The notes beneath the pieces were generated by a model. That model did no database searches and was not told where the DNA came from. It was given only the letters and a program-made list of their open reading frames with translations. From Bythopirellula sp. (GTDB lineage Bacteria > Planctomycetota > Planctomycetia > Pirellulales > Lacipirellulaceae), in NCBI GenBank assembly GCA_034439695.1, contig JAWXAV010000047.1, positions 248 to 64,247 on the forward strand: a stretch of DNA of 64,000 nucleotides. The letters are read 5' to 3'. Position numbers and translations under genes: made by a program. This document shows positions 18,159-28,009 of the stretch, one piece after another (position 1 is the first letter of the stretch; each line of letters starts with the position of its first letter).

Positions 18159-19526
18159 CTATCCACCAGCCGCCGGTTCATCATGCAGAGTGCGCACCAA
18201 AGCCGAGACGGCCATCGCCGTGCCGTATTGCTGGTGGTAATCGTAGAGAATGTAGTCCCACCAACTGCCGTCTTTTTCTTGCAGCGGCAGCAGAATATTT
18301 GCCAAGTGGTCCTGATAGAAGGGTCGCTTGTCGGCGGGCAACTCGTCAATGCACATCGCCGCGTAGTAGTGGCCGTAGTAATAGAAGTACCCCGCCACGC
18401 CGAAGTCGGCAAAGTGCGGCGACTGGGCTGGATAATTCCGCTTGCGGCTCATGCTGAGCCAGCCATTGCGGACCACGAGCCGATCAAGCCAGGTTTCCAA
18501 GACTTCGTCAGTCACCAACTTGTCGCCGTACAGCCGCAAAGCCAGATTGCACACCTGCGAACGACCCAAACTCCCCGCCGGCCGGTTGATGTCCATCCGC
18601 GGTGCGTATTTCAGATATTCACCATAGGCGTAGGCAAAGTCAGGATAGCGTTGACGCAAGATCGAATCGACCGCCGGCTTGGTCAGTTTCTCGGGAATCT
18701 CGAAGCCCAGTCGTTCCGCCTCTTTGAGCGCGATGAGCACCGTCGCCGTGGTGAAGCTGATCGAGCTCCCCGTGGGTCGTTCTTGCTTCGCGCGACGCGG
18801 CTGAACCGCATTGCCATATTTGTCGGTAAAGGGATCGTCATAATAACCCCAGCCACCATTAATGAACGAATCTTGTTCCAAACGGTGAATATGATAGTCG
18901 ATGAACTTCTTGAGCTTGGCCTGCAAGGTCGTGTCGCCCTCGGCACGATCATGCAGCGCGACGGCCGCCTGAATTCCATAAGCGTGGCCCCACACGTTGT
19001 ACAGCGCGTGGCCAAAGTAATCGTCGTACATATCGGGGGCGCTTCGTCGCAGATCGCTCCCTTGTTCCAGCAGCCACGCCTGGGCCCGCTCAATCGAGGC
19101 TTCGATTTTTTCTTGCTCAGCACCAGAAAAGAGCGGGCTCGCTTCCACGAGCGCCATCACCGCCAGGGCCGTCGTCCCCAGGCGGTAAGCATGGTGGGCA
19201 CCCGGCACCGGGGCCCAAATCGTGTAGTACTTGCTGCTCCCCGAACGGCCCCACGCCCCCGACTTAAGTTGCGTTTCCAAGAGAAAATCAACGCCCCGCT
19301 TGATCGACTGCGTAATCTCAGCCGCAGTCGGCGGCGTGATCGGCTCAGGTTCGGGGCCTTCGATGGAGAGCGGATAAACCGGCTTCTCGTCAACCCGCTT
19401 TCCAACACTTGGCTCAGAACTGTCCTTCGCCAAACATTCTGGTCCAACAACCAAAGTCCAGAACCCCAGCGCAAACAGTGTGCTCAGGAGTAGGATCTGG
19501 CGATAAGTGACCATGGCAAAATCCAT
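18159..19526 (-). CDS. Exported prenyltransferase/squalene-cyclase-repeat (alpha/alpha toroid) protein
   Basis: Signal peptide; QW-like repeats FLLETQLKSGAWG, NGGWGY, LLPLQEKDGSW; YYFYYGHYY helix. Confidence 0.75.
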   Translation of the reverse strand: MDFAMVTYRQILLLSTLFALGFWTLVVGPECLAKDSSEPSVGKRVDEKPVYPLSIEGPEPEPITPPTAAEITQSIKRGVDFLLETQLKSGAWGRSGSSKYYTIWAPVPGAHHAYRLGTTALAVMALVEASPLFSGAEQEKIEASIERAQAWLLEQGSDLRRSAPDMYDDYFGHALYNVWGHAYGIQAAVALHDRAEGDTTLQAKLKKFIDYHIHRLEQDSFINGGWGYYDDPFTDKYGNAVQPRRAKQERPTGSSISFTTATVLIALKEAERLGFEIPEKLTKPAVDSILRQRYPDFAYAYGEYLKYAPRMDINRPAGSLGRSQVCNLALRLYGDKLVTDEVLETWLDRLVVRNGWLSMSRKRNYPAQSPHFADFGVAGYFYYYGHYYAAMCIDELPADKRPFYQDHLANILLPLQEKDGSWWDYILYDYHQQYGTAMAVSALVRTLHDEPAAGG

Positions 19527-19539
19527 TTTTGACGAACGA

Positions 19540-21306
19540 CTATTCCTCGTCGTCCTTTTTAGGCTCTTCTTTCACTATCTTATCCCCCGCCTTCAAGCCG
19601 GACAGGATTTCGACTTGTTTCTCCTTGGTCTTGCCCAGTTTCACCTCTCGACGGACCGGCTCCTCATCATCGCCGGTGAGAAGCATGACGTACTTGATCT
19701 TCTCATTATCCTCGTCGGTTTGAATCAAATCGGCTGGCACCAACAGAGCGTCCTTCTTGTCGTAGGTAGTCACCTTCACGCTGCCACTCATGCCCGCCAC
19801 TAACCAATCAGGCAGTTCGGTTTTGTCGAGATCAAGACGCATGTCGAATTTCTTGCCGCCCCCTGGCACACCGGCGAGTTTGGTCACTTTGCCGGCCAAC
19901 TCCCCATCTTCATCCGCCGTGGGCGTGATCGTCGCGGCCAACCCCTTCTTAAAGTTGGGGAATTCTTTCTCGCCAATGCTGGTCGCCACATAGAGCGGCC
20001 GCTGCTTGACTACTGTCATCAAGACTGTGTTAGGGGGGATCGCGCTGAACGGCACCAGCTTTGATGTCATCGAACCGATCTCGGCCCATTGACCGTTCAC
20101 GCAACGACCGTAATAGACCGTGCCATCGGCCGGCGACTTAATTTCCATCAACGCGCGATCGCTCAGCAATTTGGCATTGCTCTGCACGCTGCGAGTCCGC
20201 GTGGCACGCTTTTTCTCGAGGTCGTACTTGCCCCGGGTGGTCCCCAACTCCATGGCGGTTTTCGCCTGTTCAAGAGCCAACTTCGCGTCCTCGAGCGCCG
20301 TGGTATAGAACAAATCATTGCGCGGCAGCGAAACATCGAGCGTGTAGTCGCGATTGGCCGTTTGCAATTCCAGCATGAGCTTCGCAGTCGCGACCTCGAA
20401 ATTTTGGCGACGGAGCACGATCTCCTCCGTTTCCTCGGTGATCTCATCCGCCTCGTACATTTTTTTGAGTTGGGTCAACTCTTCCTCTTGCGAGGCGAGG
20501 TCTTCCTTGGACGAGTCATAGCGATACTTGGCGATCCGCTCGGCGAACGGGCGATCCGTGTCCATGTAGTATTTGTGATCTTCAGCCAATTGGTCGTAAG
20601 TTCGTTTGGCAGATTCATAAGCCAATTTCAGCAGCTTTTCTTTCCGAGGAGATTCTTCCACTTCTTGCATCAACGCCAACTCGCTCAAACGCTGATCAAT
20701 CGTTTCCTCGGCAAGCTGTTCTTCGATTTTCTCGTCGTCAAAACGAACCAGCACATCCCCCTTCTTCACCTCAGCGCCATGTTCAACGGCCTCGACAACG
20801 GTATAGCGCGCCCACGTGTCGGGACGCAGGGCCACCTCTTCCATGTCCTCGGCAACAAAGATGCCTTCCAGGGTTTGCTCGATTTTCAGCGGCTTGCTCT
20901 TAACCGTGAACGGCTTGGGCTTTTCTTCCTTCTTGGGTTCGTCGGCTTTGGTTGTTTCCTTCTCGTTCGCAGGCTTGTCCGCGTCTTTGGATTCCTCTTT
21001 GGTATCTGCTTCTTTCTTTTCTTCAACCTTGTCTTCCGCTGGCTTTTTGTCCTCCGCTTTTTCCTCGTCCGGATCGGCCGACTTTTTTTCCGTCTTATCG
21101 TCGGACTTTTCGGCTTCCTTATCGTCCGCTTCGTCGGCAGGATCGGGTTCTTGGTCCTGCTTCTTCTGTCCTTCTTGCTCGGCAACGACCGCCACCAACG
21201 ACGAGGGCTGGCTCTTTTCCGCTGCAAATACTGAGGGACATTGCGTGCTCAACAAGAAAAGCACCACGCTGGCAAGCACCAACGGACGAAGAAACAACAC
21301 AAACAT
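19540..21306 (-). CDS. HlyD/membrane-fusion-like periplasmic adaptor with long D/E/K-rich linker and coiled coil
   Basis: Signal peptide; lipoyl-like halves (VEHGAEVKKGDVLVRFD; IKSPADGTV); C-terminal EVKLG...ILSGLKAGDKIV. Start ATG 21306. Confidence 0.75.
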   Translation of the reverse strand: MFVLFLRPLVLASVVLFLLSTQCPSVFAAEKSQPSSLVAVVAEQEGQKKQDQEPDPADEADDKEAEKSDDKTEKKSADPDEEKAEDKKPAEDKVEEKKEADTKEESKDADKPANEKETTKADEPKKEEKPKPFTVKSKPLKIEQTLEGIFVAEDMEEVALRPDTWARYTVVEAVEHGAEVKKGDVLVRFDDEKIEEQLAEETIDQRLSELALMQEVEESPRKEKLLKLAYESAKRTYDQLAEDHKYYMDTDRPFAERIAKYRYDSSKEDLASQEEELTQLKKMYEADEITEETEEIVLRRQNFEVATAKLMLELQTANRDYTLDVSLPRNDLFYTTALEDAKLALEQAKTAMELGTTRGKYDLEKKRATRTRSVQSNAKLLSDRALMEIKSPADGTVYYGRCVNGQWAEIGSMTSKLVPFSAIPPNTVLMTVVKQRPLYVATSIGEKEFPNFKKGLAATITPTADEDGELAGKVTKLAGVPGGGKKFDMRLDLDKTELPDWLVAGMSGSVKVTTYDKKDALLVPADLIQTDEDNEKIKYVMLLTGDDEEPVRREVKLGKTKEKQVEILSGLKAGDKIVKEEPKKDDEE

Positions 21307-21647
21307 GGAGGGCTCCTTGCGGCAGGTCACTGATATACGTCTCGCGAGTCGCTCGAGCAGGTGGGAAGGAATCGCGCCATCTACCAAATCCGGACGAAAT
21401 TTCACAATGGACGAATTCACACGTTTCGGCAAGCTGGGGAAATTTTGCGGTCGCTAGATTCTAGCTCCCAGAGCCGCTAAAACCTACCTGCGCAGGGCAA
21501 AATCGTGGCGAATGGCCTGCCCATAGCCGTAACCGCAGCGGACAGCCCTGCCACGGATATCATATCCTTAGGGAAGCGGCTCATCCCGCCAGGAAGATGC
21601 CGCCACAACCCCGGTAACCGTTAAAATCCCACCGAATAAAGGCTCTA

Positions 21648-22202
21648 ATGAAAATCTACACCTGCACCGGCGACGACGGCTCCACGGGCCTTTATGGAGG
21701 TGGCCGAGTCTCCAAGTGTGATCCGCGGGTCGAAGCCTTTGGGGCGGTCGACGAATTGAACGCCCAGTTGGGAGTCGTCCGGGCGGGCGGCTTGCCCGAA
21801 CAGTTTGATTCAATTCTCTACGCACTCCAAAATCGCATGTTCGATCTGGGGGCCGAATTGGCCACTCCCGACGCCGCCGTGCGCGGCACCGATTATTTGC
21901 AGGCCACGGACGTTGCCCAAGTGGAAACATGGATCGACGAGCAGGAGGCCCTCCTTCCTCCCTTGCAGACCTTCATCCTCCCCGGCGGCAGCCCCTCCGC
22001 AGCCCAGATACACCTAGCGCGCTGTGTTTGCCGTCGTGCCGAAAGGCAGGTGGTCGCCTTGGCCCAAGTTTCTCCCGTGCGCGAATTAGTCATTCGTTAT
22101 CTCAACCGCGTGGGAGACTTTTTGTTCGTACTGGCCCGATCGGTCAATCAAGAACTTAGCCATGCCGACGTTGCTTGGCAAAAAAGAACCCACGGCAACT
22201 AA
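21648..22202 (+). CDS. pduO: Cob(I)alamin adenosyltransferase, PduO type
   Basis: KIYTxTGDDGST, GAVDELNA, FILPGG, RCVCRRAER, YLNRVGDFLF. Confidence 0.9.
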   Translation: MKIYTCTGDDGSTGLYGGGRVSKCDPRVEAFGAVDELNAQLGVVRAGGLPEQFDSILYALQNRMFDLGAELATPDAAVRGTDYLQATDVAQVETWIDEQEALLPPLQTFILPGGSPSAAQIHLARCVCRRAERQVVALAQVSPVRELVIRYLNRVGDFLFVLARSVNQELSHADVAWQKRTHGN

Positions 22203-22428
22203 ATAGTATTCAATTTTGTAATTATCTAAGTCTCCTACTTTACGATGATCGATCTGGCTCTTATCCTACGAACTTTGCCAGAGTCGTGGGGGACCGTCTC
22301 GCAATAGCGACACTCCAACGCCGGCAAGCGATTGAGCAGTATTACGCGTGTTTAGCGGCACACAAGTGGATTGCTTGTTTTTCAAGAGTACGGGGTCTTC
22401 AAAAATACTGGTTTTTGTGGAGAACAAA

Positions 22429-23829
22429 ATGCACCGGGTAGTTCAAAGCACACTTCGTGGACTAACTGTTCTAGTGGCCCTGGCTGCGAGTCAATCGCTA
22501 CAAGCCCAAGAGCCAACCCTGGCCGAAGTGAACGCCAAAGCCGATGCGGCGGCGCTTGCTGGCAACAATTCTTGGATGCTGACATCCAGCGCGCTGGTCT
22601 TGTTTATGACCGCGCCGGGCCTAGCCATGTTTTACGGTGGTTTGGTTCGCAAGAAGAACGTGTTAAGCGTGATGATGCAGTGCATGTTTCTCATGGGCAT
22701 CATGACGGTGATTTGGGCCCTCTATGGTTACAGCCTGTCCTTTGGTGGCACGGGAGCTTACATCGGCAATGGCGACTATCTCTTCATGAACGGTGTGCAG
22801 CGTACCTGGAACGAATCCACAAGTTCCATCGAAGAACCGATGGCTGGCGCGATTCCACGATTAACTCACATGCTTTTTCAAGGGATGTTCTTCATCATCA
22901 CTCCCGCGCTCATCTGTGGCGCCTTTGCGGAACGCATGAAATTTAGCTCGATGGTCATCTTCAGCATTCTATGGGGGACGCTTGTTTACTGTCCCATTTG
23001 TCACTGGGTTTGGGGCGACGGAGGCATCCTACGATTTGGTTCTGATAACGCCATCAAAGGGGGTGCGCTTGATTTCGCGGGCGGCACGGTTGTGCATATC
23101 AGTTCGGGCATCTCCGCCTTAATGTGCGCCCTGATCCTTGGCAAGCGAAGAGGTTTCGGCAGCGAAGACATGCGTCCCCACAATTTGACTTACACCGTGC
23201 TCGGCGCGGCCATGCTCTGGGTTGGGTGGTTTGGCTTCAATGCTGGCAGTGAACTTGCCTCGGATCATCTGACGTCCAGCGCTTTCGCTACCACGCATTT
23301 TTCCGCCGCGGCTGGCCTGCTGGGGTGGTGTCTTTATGAATGGTTCCACAATGGTAAGCCCAGCGTCCTGGGGGCTGCCTCGGGAGCTGTTGCGGGGTTG
23401 GTTTGCATTACCCCAGGTGCAGGACATGTGAACGTCATGCCCGCACTGGGCATGGGCTTCGTGGCTGGCATTGTCTGCGCCCTGGCCTGCAGCAAACTCA
23501 AGGGAAGATTCGGTTACGACGATCCGCTGGATGCCTTTGGCGTCCACGGCGTGGGAGGCACCTTGGGTGCGATTCTCACCGGCGTTTTTGCCACCCGCGC
23601 CTGCTGGGATATTGACTCCGGCAATCCCCTCGGTCTGATCGAAGGAGGTAAAACGGTATTCGTGGGCCAACTCGTCGCCGTTGCCGTGACGATTGTCTTT
23701 AGTATCGTCGCCACGTTGATTATCCTGAAGGTGATCGATGTCGTGATGGGGCTGAGAATCAGCCCCGAGGGTGAAACGCGCGGTCTCGATCTTTCCGACC
23801 ACGGCGAAGAAGGCTACATTTTTGTGTAA
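22429..23829 (+). CDS. amtB: Ammonium transporter
   Basis: GGAGA RBS, ATG 22429; MTAPGLAMFYGG, FQGMFFIIT, DFAGGTVVH, WVGWFGFNAGS, DDPLDAFGVHG. Confidence 0.95.
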   Translation: MHRVVQSTLRGLTVLVALAASQSLQAQEPTLAEVNAKADAAALAGNNSWMLTSSALVLFMTAPGLAMFYGGLVRKKNVLSVMMQCMFLMGIMTVIWALYGYSLSFGGTGAYIGNGDYLFMNGVQRTWNESTSSIEEPMAGAIPRLTHMLFQGMFFIITPALICGAFAERMKFSSMVIFSILWGTLVYCPICHWVWGDGGILRFGSDNAIKGGALDFAGGTVVHISSGISALMCALILGKRRGFGSEDMRPHNLTYTVLGAAMLWVGWFGFNAGSELASDHLTSSAFATTHFSAAAGLLGWCLYEWFHNGKPSVLGAASGAVAGLVCITPGAGHVNVMPALGMGFVAGIVCALACSKLKGRFGYDDPLDAFGVHGVGGTLGAILTGVFATRACWDIDSGNPLGLIEGGKTVFVGQLVAVAVTIVFSIVATLIILKVIDVVMGLRISPEGETRGLDLSDHGEEGYIFV

Positions 23830-24252
<423 letters not shown>

Positions 24253-24274
24253 TCCCATTGTGACAATTTTTTCC

Positions 24275-24306
24275 CAGCCGCGGCCGCAATGCCGCGGCTG
24301 TTTGTT
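24275..24306 (+). terminator. Intrinsic-terminator-like hairpin between P-II and glnD
   Basis: 10-bp GC stem cagccgcggc/gccgcggctg followed by tttgttt. Confidence 0.65.
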
Positions 24307-24357
24307 TGGTGTATTTAAGTTGAAGGCGTTCCTGCCAGCGTTGTTGGGACTTGAGTC

Positions 24358-26988
24358 ATGACGAAAAGTTCCCGCCTCAACGACACCTTGCAACAACTCC
24401 GCGAGGAATTGCAAACCCGCCGTGCTGAAATTCAAGCCAGCCACGAACGGGGGCTGCCCGGTGCCCAAGTCTCCGCCAAACTGGCCTCGCTGCTCGATAC
24501 CGTTCTCATGCGGCTGTTCGACGCCACCTTGGCCGAAACGTCCCCGGCCAAAGCCGACAAGCTCCGCGCCAATCTGGTCATCGTTTGCTTGGGAAGTTAC
24601 GGCCGTCGCCAATGTTCGCCTGACTCCGACGTCGATCTGATGTTCCTCTACAACAACATGCGCAGCGAAGAGGTCGCCGAAATCCTGCGACCGCTCACGC
24701 AAGGAGTTTTCGATATCGGCCTGCAGTTGGGCTCCAGCATCCGCAACCCCAGCGACGCCGTGCTATTGGCCCGCGGCGACGCCGTAATTTGCACGTCCTT
24801 GATTGATTCCCGACTACTGCTGGGCAACCAAACTCTGTTCGACGATTTTCGCAACAGCTTCGAGAAAATGGTTCGGCGCAATAGCAAAGCGCTCTGCCGT
24901 ACTTTCTTGGAAGCACGCACTCAGGAACGTGATCAGTACGGCGAAAGCGTTTATCTCCTCGAACCCCATGTGAAGCGATCGCGCGGCGGCTTGCGAGATA
25001 TCAACCTCTTGCGTTGGCTGGGATTTGCCGAGTTTGGCGCGGCCGATCCCGATCGCTTGCACCTGCTGGGAGCCATCTCGAAGTTCGATCACCATCGCCT
25101 GCAATCGGCCACCGAGTACCTGCTCCGCTTGCGCAATGAAATGCACTTTCACTCCGGTTCATCGACCGACATGCTCGACCGGGCCGAACAACTGCGCATC
25201 GCCGACTGGCTTGGCCTCCAGCAACGCAGCGGCTTGTTGCCGGTCGAGCAATTCATGCGGGATTACTTCCGCCATACGAACCACGTCTGGCAGTTGGTCC
25301 GCCGTCGGGAAGCGAGCTTGATCGCCACGAGCGCGGTGTCGCGCGTGTTGGAACCGATTTTTAGCCGCAGTGTCGGCGCGGATTTCCGTGTCACCCTGAA
25401 CAACGTCGGCGTGACGACCGCCGGCTTGGCCAAGATCAAACAAGATATGACCGCGGTCTTGCGGTTGGTGGAACTGGCAGCGGAGGAAAACAAACCGCTC
25501 GACCAACAAACGTATTCCGCGTTGCTCTTGGCTGCCCCCGATTTCCCCGACGAAGCCTCCGACGAAGTGCGCCGGCAGTTCTACGACCGGCTCGCCACGC
25601 CGCATACCGTGGGCCGCCTGTTGAGTTTGCTCCATGAATTGGGCTATTTGGAAAAGCTTGTCCCCGCGATGCGTCATGCCCGCTGTCTGCTCCAATTCAA
25701 TCAATATCACAAGTACACCGTCGACGAGCATACCTTGCTGGCGGTGAGCGAAGCCGCGGGGTTTGCCAAGCGTGACGATGCGCTGGGATATGCTTATCGT
25801 GAAATCGCCGACAAACGGATTCTTCATTTCGCGCTCTTGCTCCACGACTTGGGCAAGGGTTTTGAAGAAGATCACAGCGATGTCGGCAAACGCATCGCCG
25901 AAGAAACCACCAAACTCTTTCAGCTCGACGATCGCTCGTCCGATGATATTGCGTTCCTGGTTCACAAACATCTGACCATGTCGCACCTCACGTTTCGCCG
26001 CGATACGTCGGACATTCGTTTGCTGGAGGCATTCGCGCGCCAAGTGGGCACCGTCGATCGCTTGCGAATGCTTTTTGCGATGACCTGCGCGGACTTGGCC
26101 GCGGTGGGGCCTGACGTGCTCACCGATTGGAAACGCGACGTGCTGGCCGGCGTGTACTCTCGCACGGCTGGTTTCCAGCAAGACGATGATTCGACCGACT
26201 TTCGCGCCAAGCTGACCGCCAAAACTGCCGCCGTGCTCAAACAACTCACCCCCGCACAGCAAGCCGATGATTGGTACGTGCGGCAACTGGGGGCACTCCC
26301 GTCGAGTCACCTCATTAGTCTGGAAGCCACGGAAATTGTGGAAATCCTCGCGCGGCTCAAAGCCCTCCGCGAAAACGAACCGACCGCTTGGTGTGCCTTC
26401 CAAAAGTCTTCCAAAACTATCGTCTGTTCAGCGGGTATCAACCACGGCGTCGGCCGCGGCGTGTTTTCGAGCATGGCCGGCGCACTCAGTAGCGAGGGAT
26501 TGGAAATTCTCTCCGCTGACATCGACGTGTTGGCCGACGAACTGCTGCTCGTGCGCTACACGGTGAACGATCCTCAAACTTCCAAACCACCCACCAAGGA
26601 ACGACTCAAGGAGCTTTCGCAAAAAATGGTCGCCGCGATCGACTCTTCGAAGCCGCCCCAGTTTCGCCGCGTTTGGGGACAGGACCAGATCGAAGCTTCC
26701 CGCAAACTCACGCCGCAATTCACCGAGGTCCGCATCGACAACGATCTTTCCGAGGACTATACCATTGTCGAAGTCTTCACCTTCGACCGCCCGGGCTTGC
26801 TCTACGCGCTCGCGCGCAAACTTCACGACCTGGGTCTGGTGATCAGCCACGCCAAGATCGGCACCTACATCGATCAAGTGGTCGATGTCTTTTATGTGAC
26901 CGCCCGCGAAAACGGACAAAAAATCCACGACGAAGGTTATCAAAACCATATCAAGCACGAAATGTACCACGCCGCCGAAGCGAAATGA
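24358..26988 (+). CDS. glnD: [Protein-PII] uridylyltransferase / uridylyl-removing enzyme
   Basis: GSYGR..SPDSDVDL NTase motif, LEPHVKRSRGGLRD, YHKYTVDEH, LLHDLGKG (HD), C-terminal ACT (DRPGLL, KIGTYIDQVVDVFYV). Confidence 0.93.
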   Translation: MTKSSRLNDTLQQLREELQTRRAEIQASHERGLPGAQVSAKLASLLDTVLMRLFDATLAETSPAKADKLRANLVIVCLGSYGRRQCSPDSDVDLMFLYNNMRSEEVAEILRPLTQGVFDIGLQLGSSIRNPSDAVLLARGDAVICTSLIDSRLLLGNQTLFDDFRNSFEKMVRRNSKALCRTFLEARTQERDQYGESVYLLEPHVKRSRGGLRDINLLRWLGFAEFGAADPDRLHLLGAISKFDHHRLQSATEYLLRLRNEMHFHSGSSTDMLDRAEQLRIADWLGLQQRSGLLPVEQFMRDYFRHTNHVWQLVRRREASLIATSAVSRVLEPIFSRSVGADFRVTLNNVGVTTAGLAKIKQDMTAVLRLVELAAEENKPLDQQTYSALLLAAPDFPDEASDEVRRQFYDRLATPHTVGRLLSLLHELGYLEKLVPAMRHARCLLQFNQYHKYTVDEHTLLAVSEAAGFAKRDDALGYAYREIADKRILHFALLLHDLGKGFEEDHSDVGKRIAEETTKLFQLDDRSSDDIAFLVHKHLTMSHLTFRRDTSDIRLLEAFARQVGTVDRLRMLFAMTCADLAAVGPDVLTDWKRDVLAGVYSRTAGFQQDDDSTDFRAKLTAKTAAVLKQLTPAQQADDWYVRQLGALPSSHLISLEATEIVEILARLKALRENEPTAWCAFQKSSKTIVCSAGINHGVGRGVFSSMAGALSSEGLEILSADIDVLADELLLVRYTVNDPQTSKPPTKERLKELSQKMVAAIDSSKPPQFRRVWGQDQIEASRKLTPQFTEVRIDNDLSEDYTIVEVFTFDRPGLLYALARKLHDLGLVISHAKIGTYIDQVVDVFYVTARENGQKIHDEGYQNHIKHEMYHAAEAK

Positions 26989-27087
26989 TTCTTATTTGTC
27001 GCGAATCAAACGGCTTTTTGCAGTTCGTAGCTCACTCGGCCCGCGATGTTGTGCTAACCGTCCACAAGCTATCAAAAGGAAACCTTC

Positions 27088-27660
27088 ATGAAAGGCGCTA
27101 AAACAAAAAGGGTATTGTTGCCAGCGCAACGCGAAGAGCTGCTCGGCACGTTGCAGGCCCGCTTTGAGAAAAATGGGAATCGGCACAAAGGTTTCGACTG
27201 GACTAAAGTCCAAGTCAAGCTGGTAGCGAATCCTGACAAACTCTGGTCACTCTACGAAATGGAAAAAACGGGTGGTGAACCGGATGTTGTTGGTCATGAT
27301 AAAAAGGCGGGAGAATACATTTTCTTTGATTGTTCCGCGGAAAGTCCTCCAGGTCGCCGCAGCGTGTGTTACGACCGTGAAGGGCTGGAATCGAGGAAGG
27401 AACATCAACCAGAAAATACCGCGATTGATATGGCAACGGCCATGGGCATTGAGCTTTTGACGGAATTAGAATATCGAGAACTGCAGGAACTGGGAGAGTT
27501 CGACATAAAAACTTCGAGCTGGGTCGAAACACCTGCTGCGATTAGAAAGCTCGGTGGTGCGCTCTTTTGTGATCGCCGCTACGGCACGGTCTTCGTGTAT
27601 CACAACGGTGCCCAATCGTACTATGCCGCCAGAGCGTTCCGTGGCTCGCTCAGGGTCTAA
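27088..27660 (+). CDS. DUF4256-family protein
   Basis: RFEKN..RHKG..W, LYEMEKTGGEPDVV, DCSAESP.GRRSVCYD, KTSSW, FVYHNGAQSYYAARAFRG. Confidence 0.8.
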   Translation: MKGAKTKRVLLPAQREELLGTLQARFEKNGNRHKGFDWTKVQVKLVANPDKLWSLYEMEKTGGEPDVVGHDKKAGEYIFFDCSAESPPGRRSVCYDREGLESRKEHQPENTAIDMATAMGIELLTELEYRELQELGEFDIKTSSWVETPAAIRKLGGALFCDRRYGTVFVYHNGAQSYYAARAFRGSLRV

Positions 27661-27826
27661 ATTTTGCACGGATAGTCGGAGGACGACTTTTGTACTTTTT
27701 ACTGCCCGCTAAACACGCAAAATATCGCGAAAATGGGAAGATGTACACTGTTCGGTAGGAATGGGAACGTATTTCAGTAGAACAAGACAAGAGATGCTGC
27801 TCATGATTATCATCAATTCTCCTGCT

Positions 27827-27919
27827 TTCGCGCCGTTTCGCGTGATTCGCGGGCGATAAAACTGCAAAACTTGAGATGAGGACGCTGCGAAAAACCCGAG
27901 GCTAGCGCCTTGCGGCTAA
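27827..27919. repeat. Two stacked repeat remnants (TTCGCG tandem half-element; TTAGCC-hairpin REP on minus strand)
   Basis: ttcgcgccgtttcgcgtgattcgcgggc and aaacccgaggctagcgccttgcggctaa. Confidence 0.6.
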
Positions 27920-28009
27920 TTCAATCAGTCGCCGGATACATTCTGAGTGGATAGCGTCCGGTTCTCGCATGTGATTTTGAAACCAGCCTAACTCAATATA
28001 TGGCTGATG

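Noticed and set aside
20880-21200. Low-complexity E/K/D repeats in the HlyD-like gene as a tandem array or CRISPR
   Set aside because: Coding linker with no fixed-length repeat-spacer structure. No CRISPR array was seen anywhere in the window.
21490-21552. GCAGGGC...GCCCTGC stem resembling a c-di-GMP-I riboswitch P1
   Set aside because: No GNRA-loop/GACGCAAA core; probably an ordinary hairpin.
21565-21625. Possible cobalamin riboswitch upstream of pduO (AGGGAA-GCGG..CCGC..CCGCCAC)
   Set aside because: Lacks the GGTG..AA.TCC loop and the ACTGT of the B12 box; resemblance is partial. An Infernal search would settle it.
22340-22375. sigma54-like GGCAC...TTGC upstream of amt
   Set aside because: GG-to-GC spacing is wrong (13 nt instead of 10).
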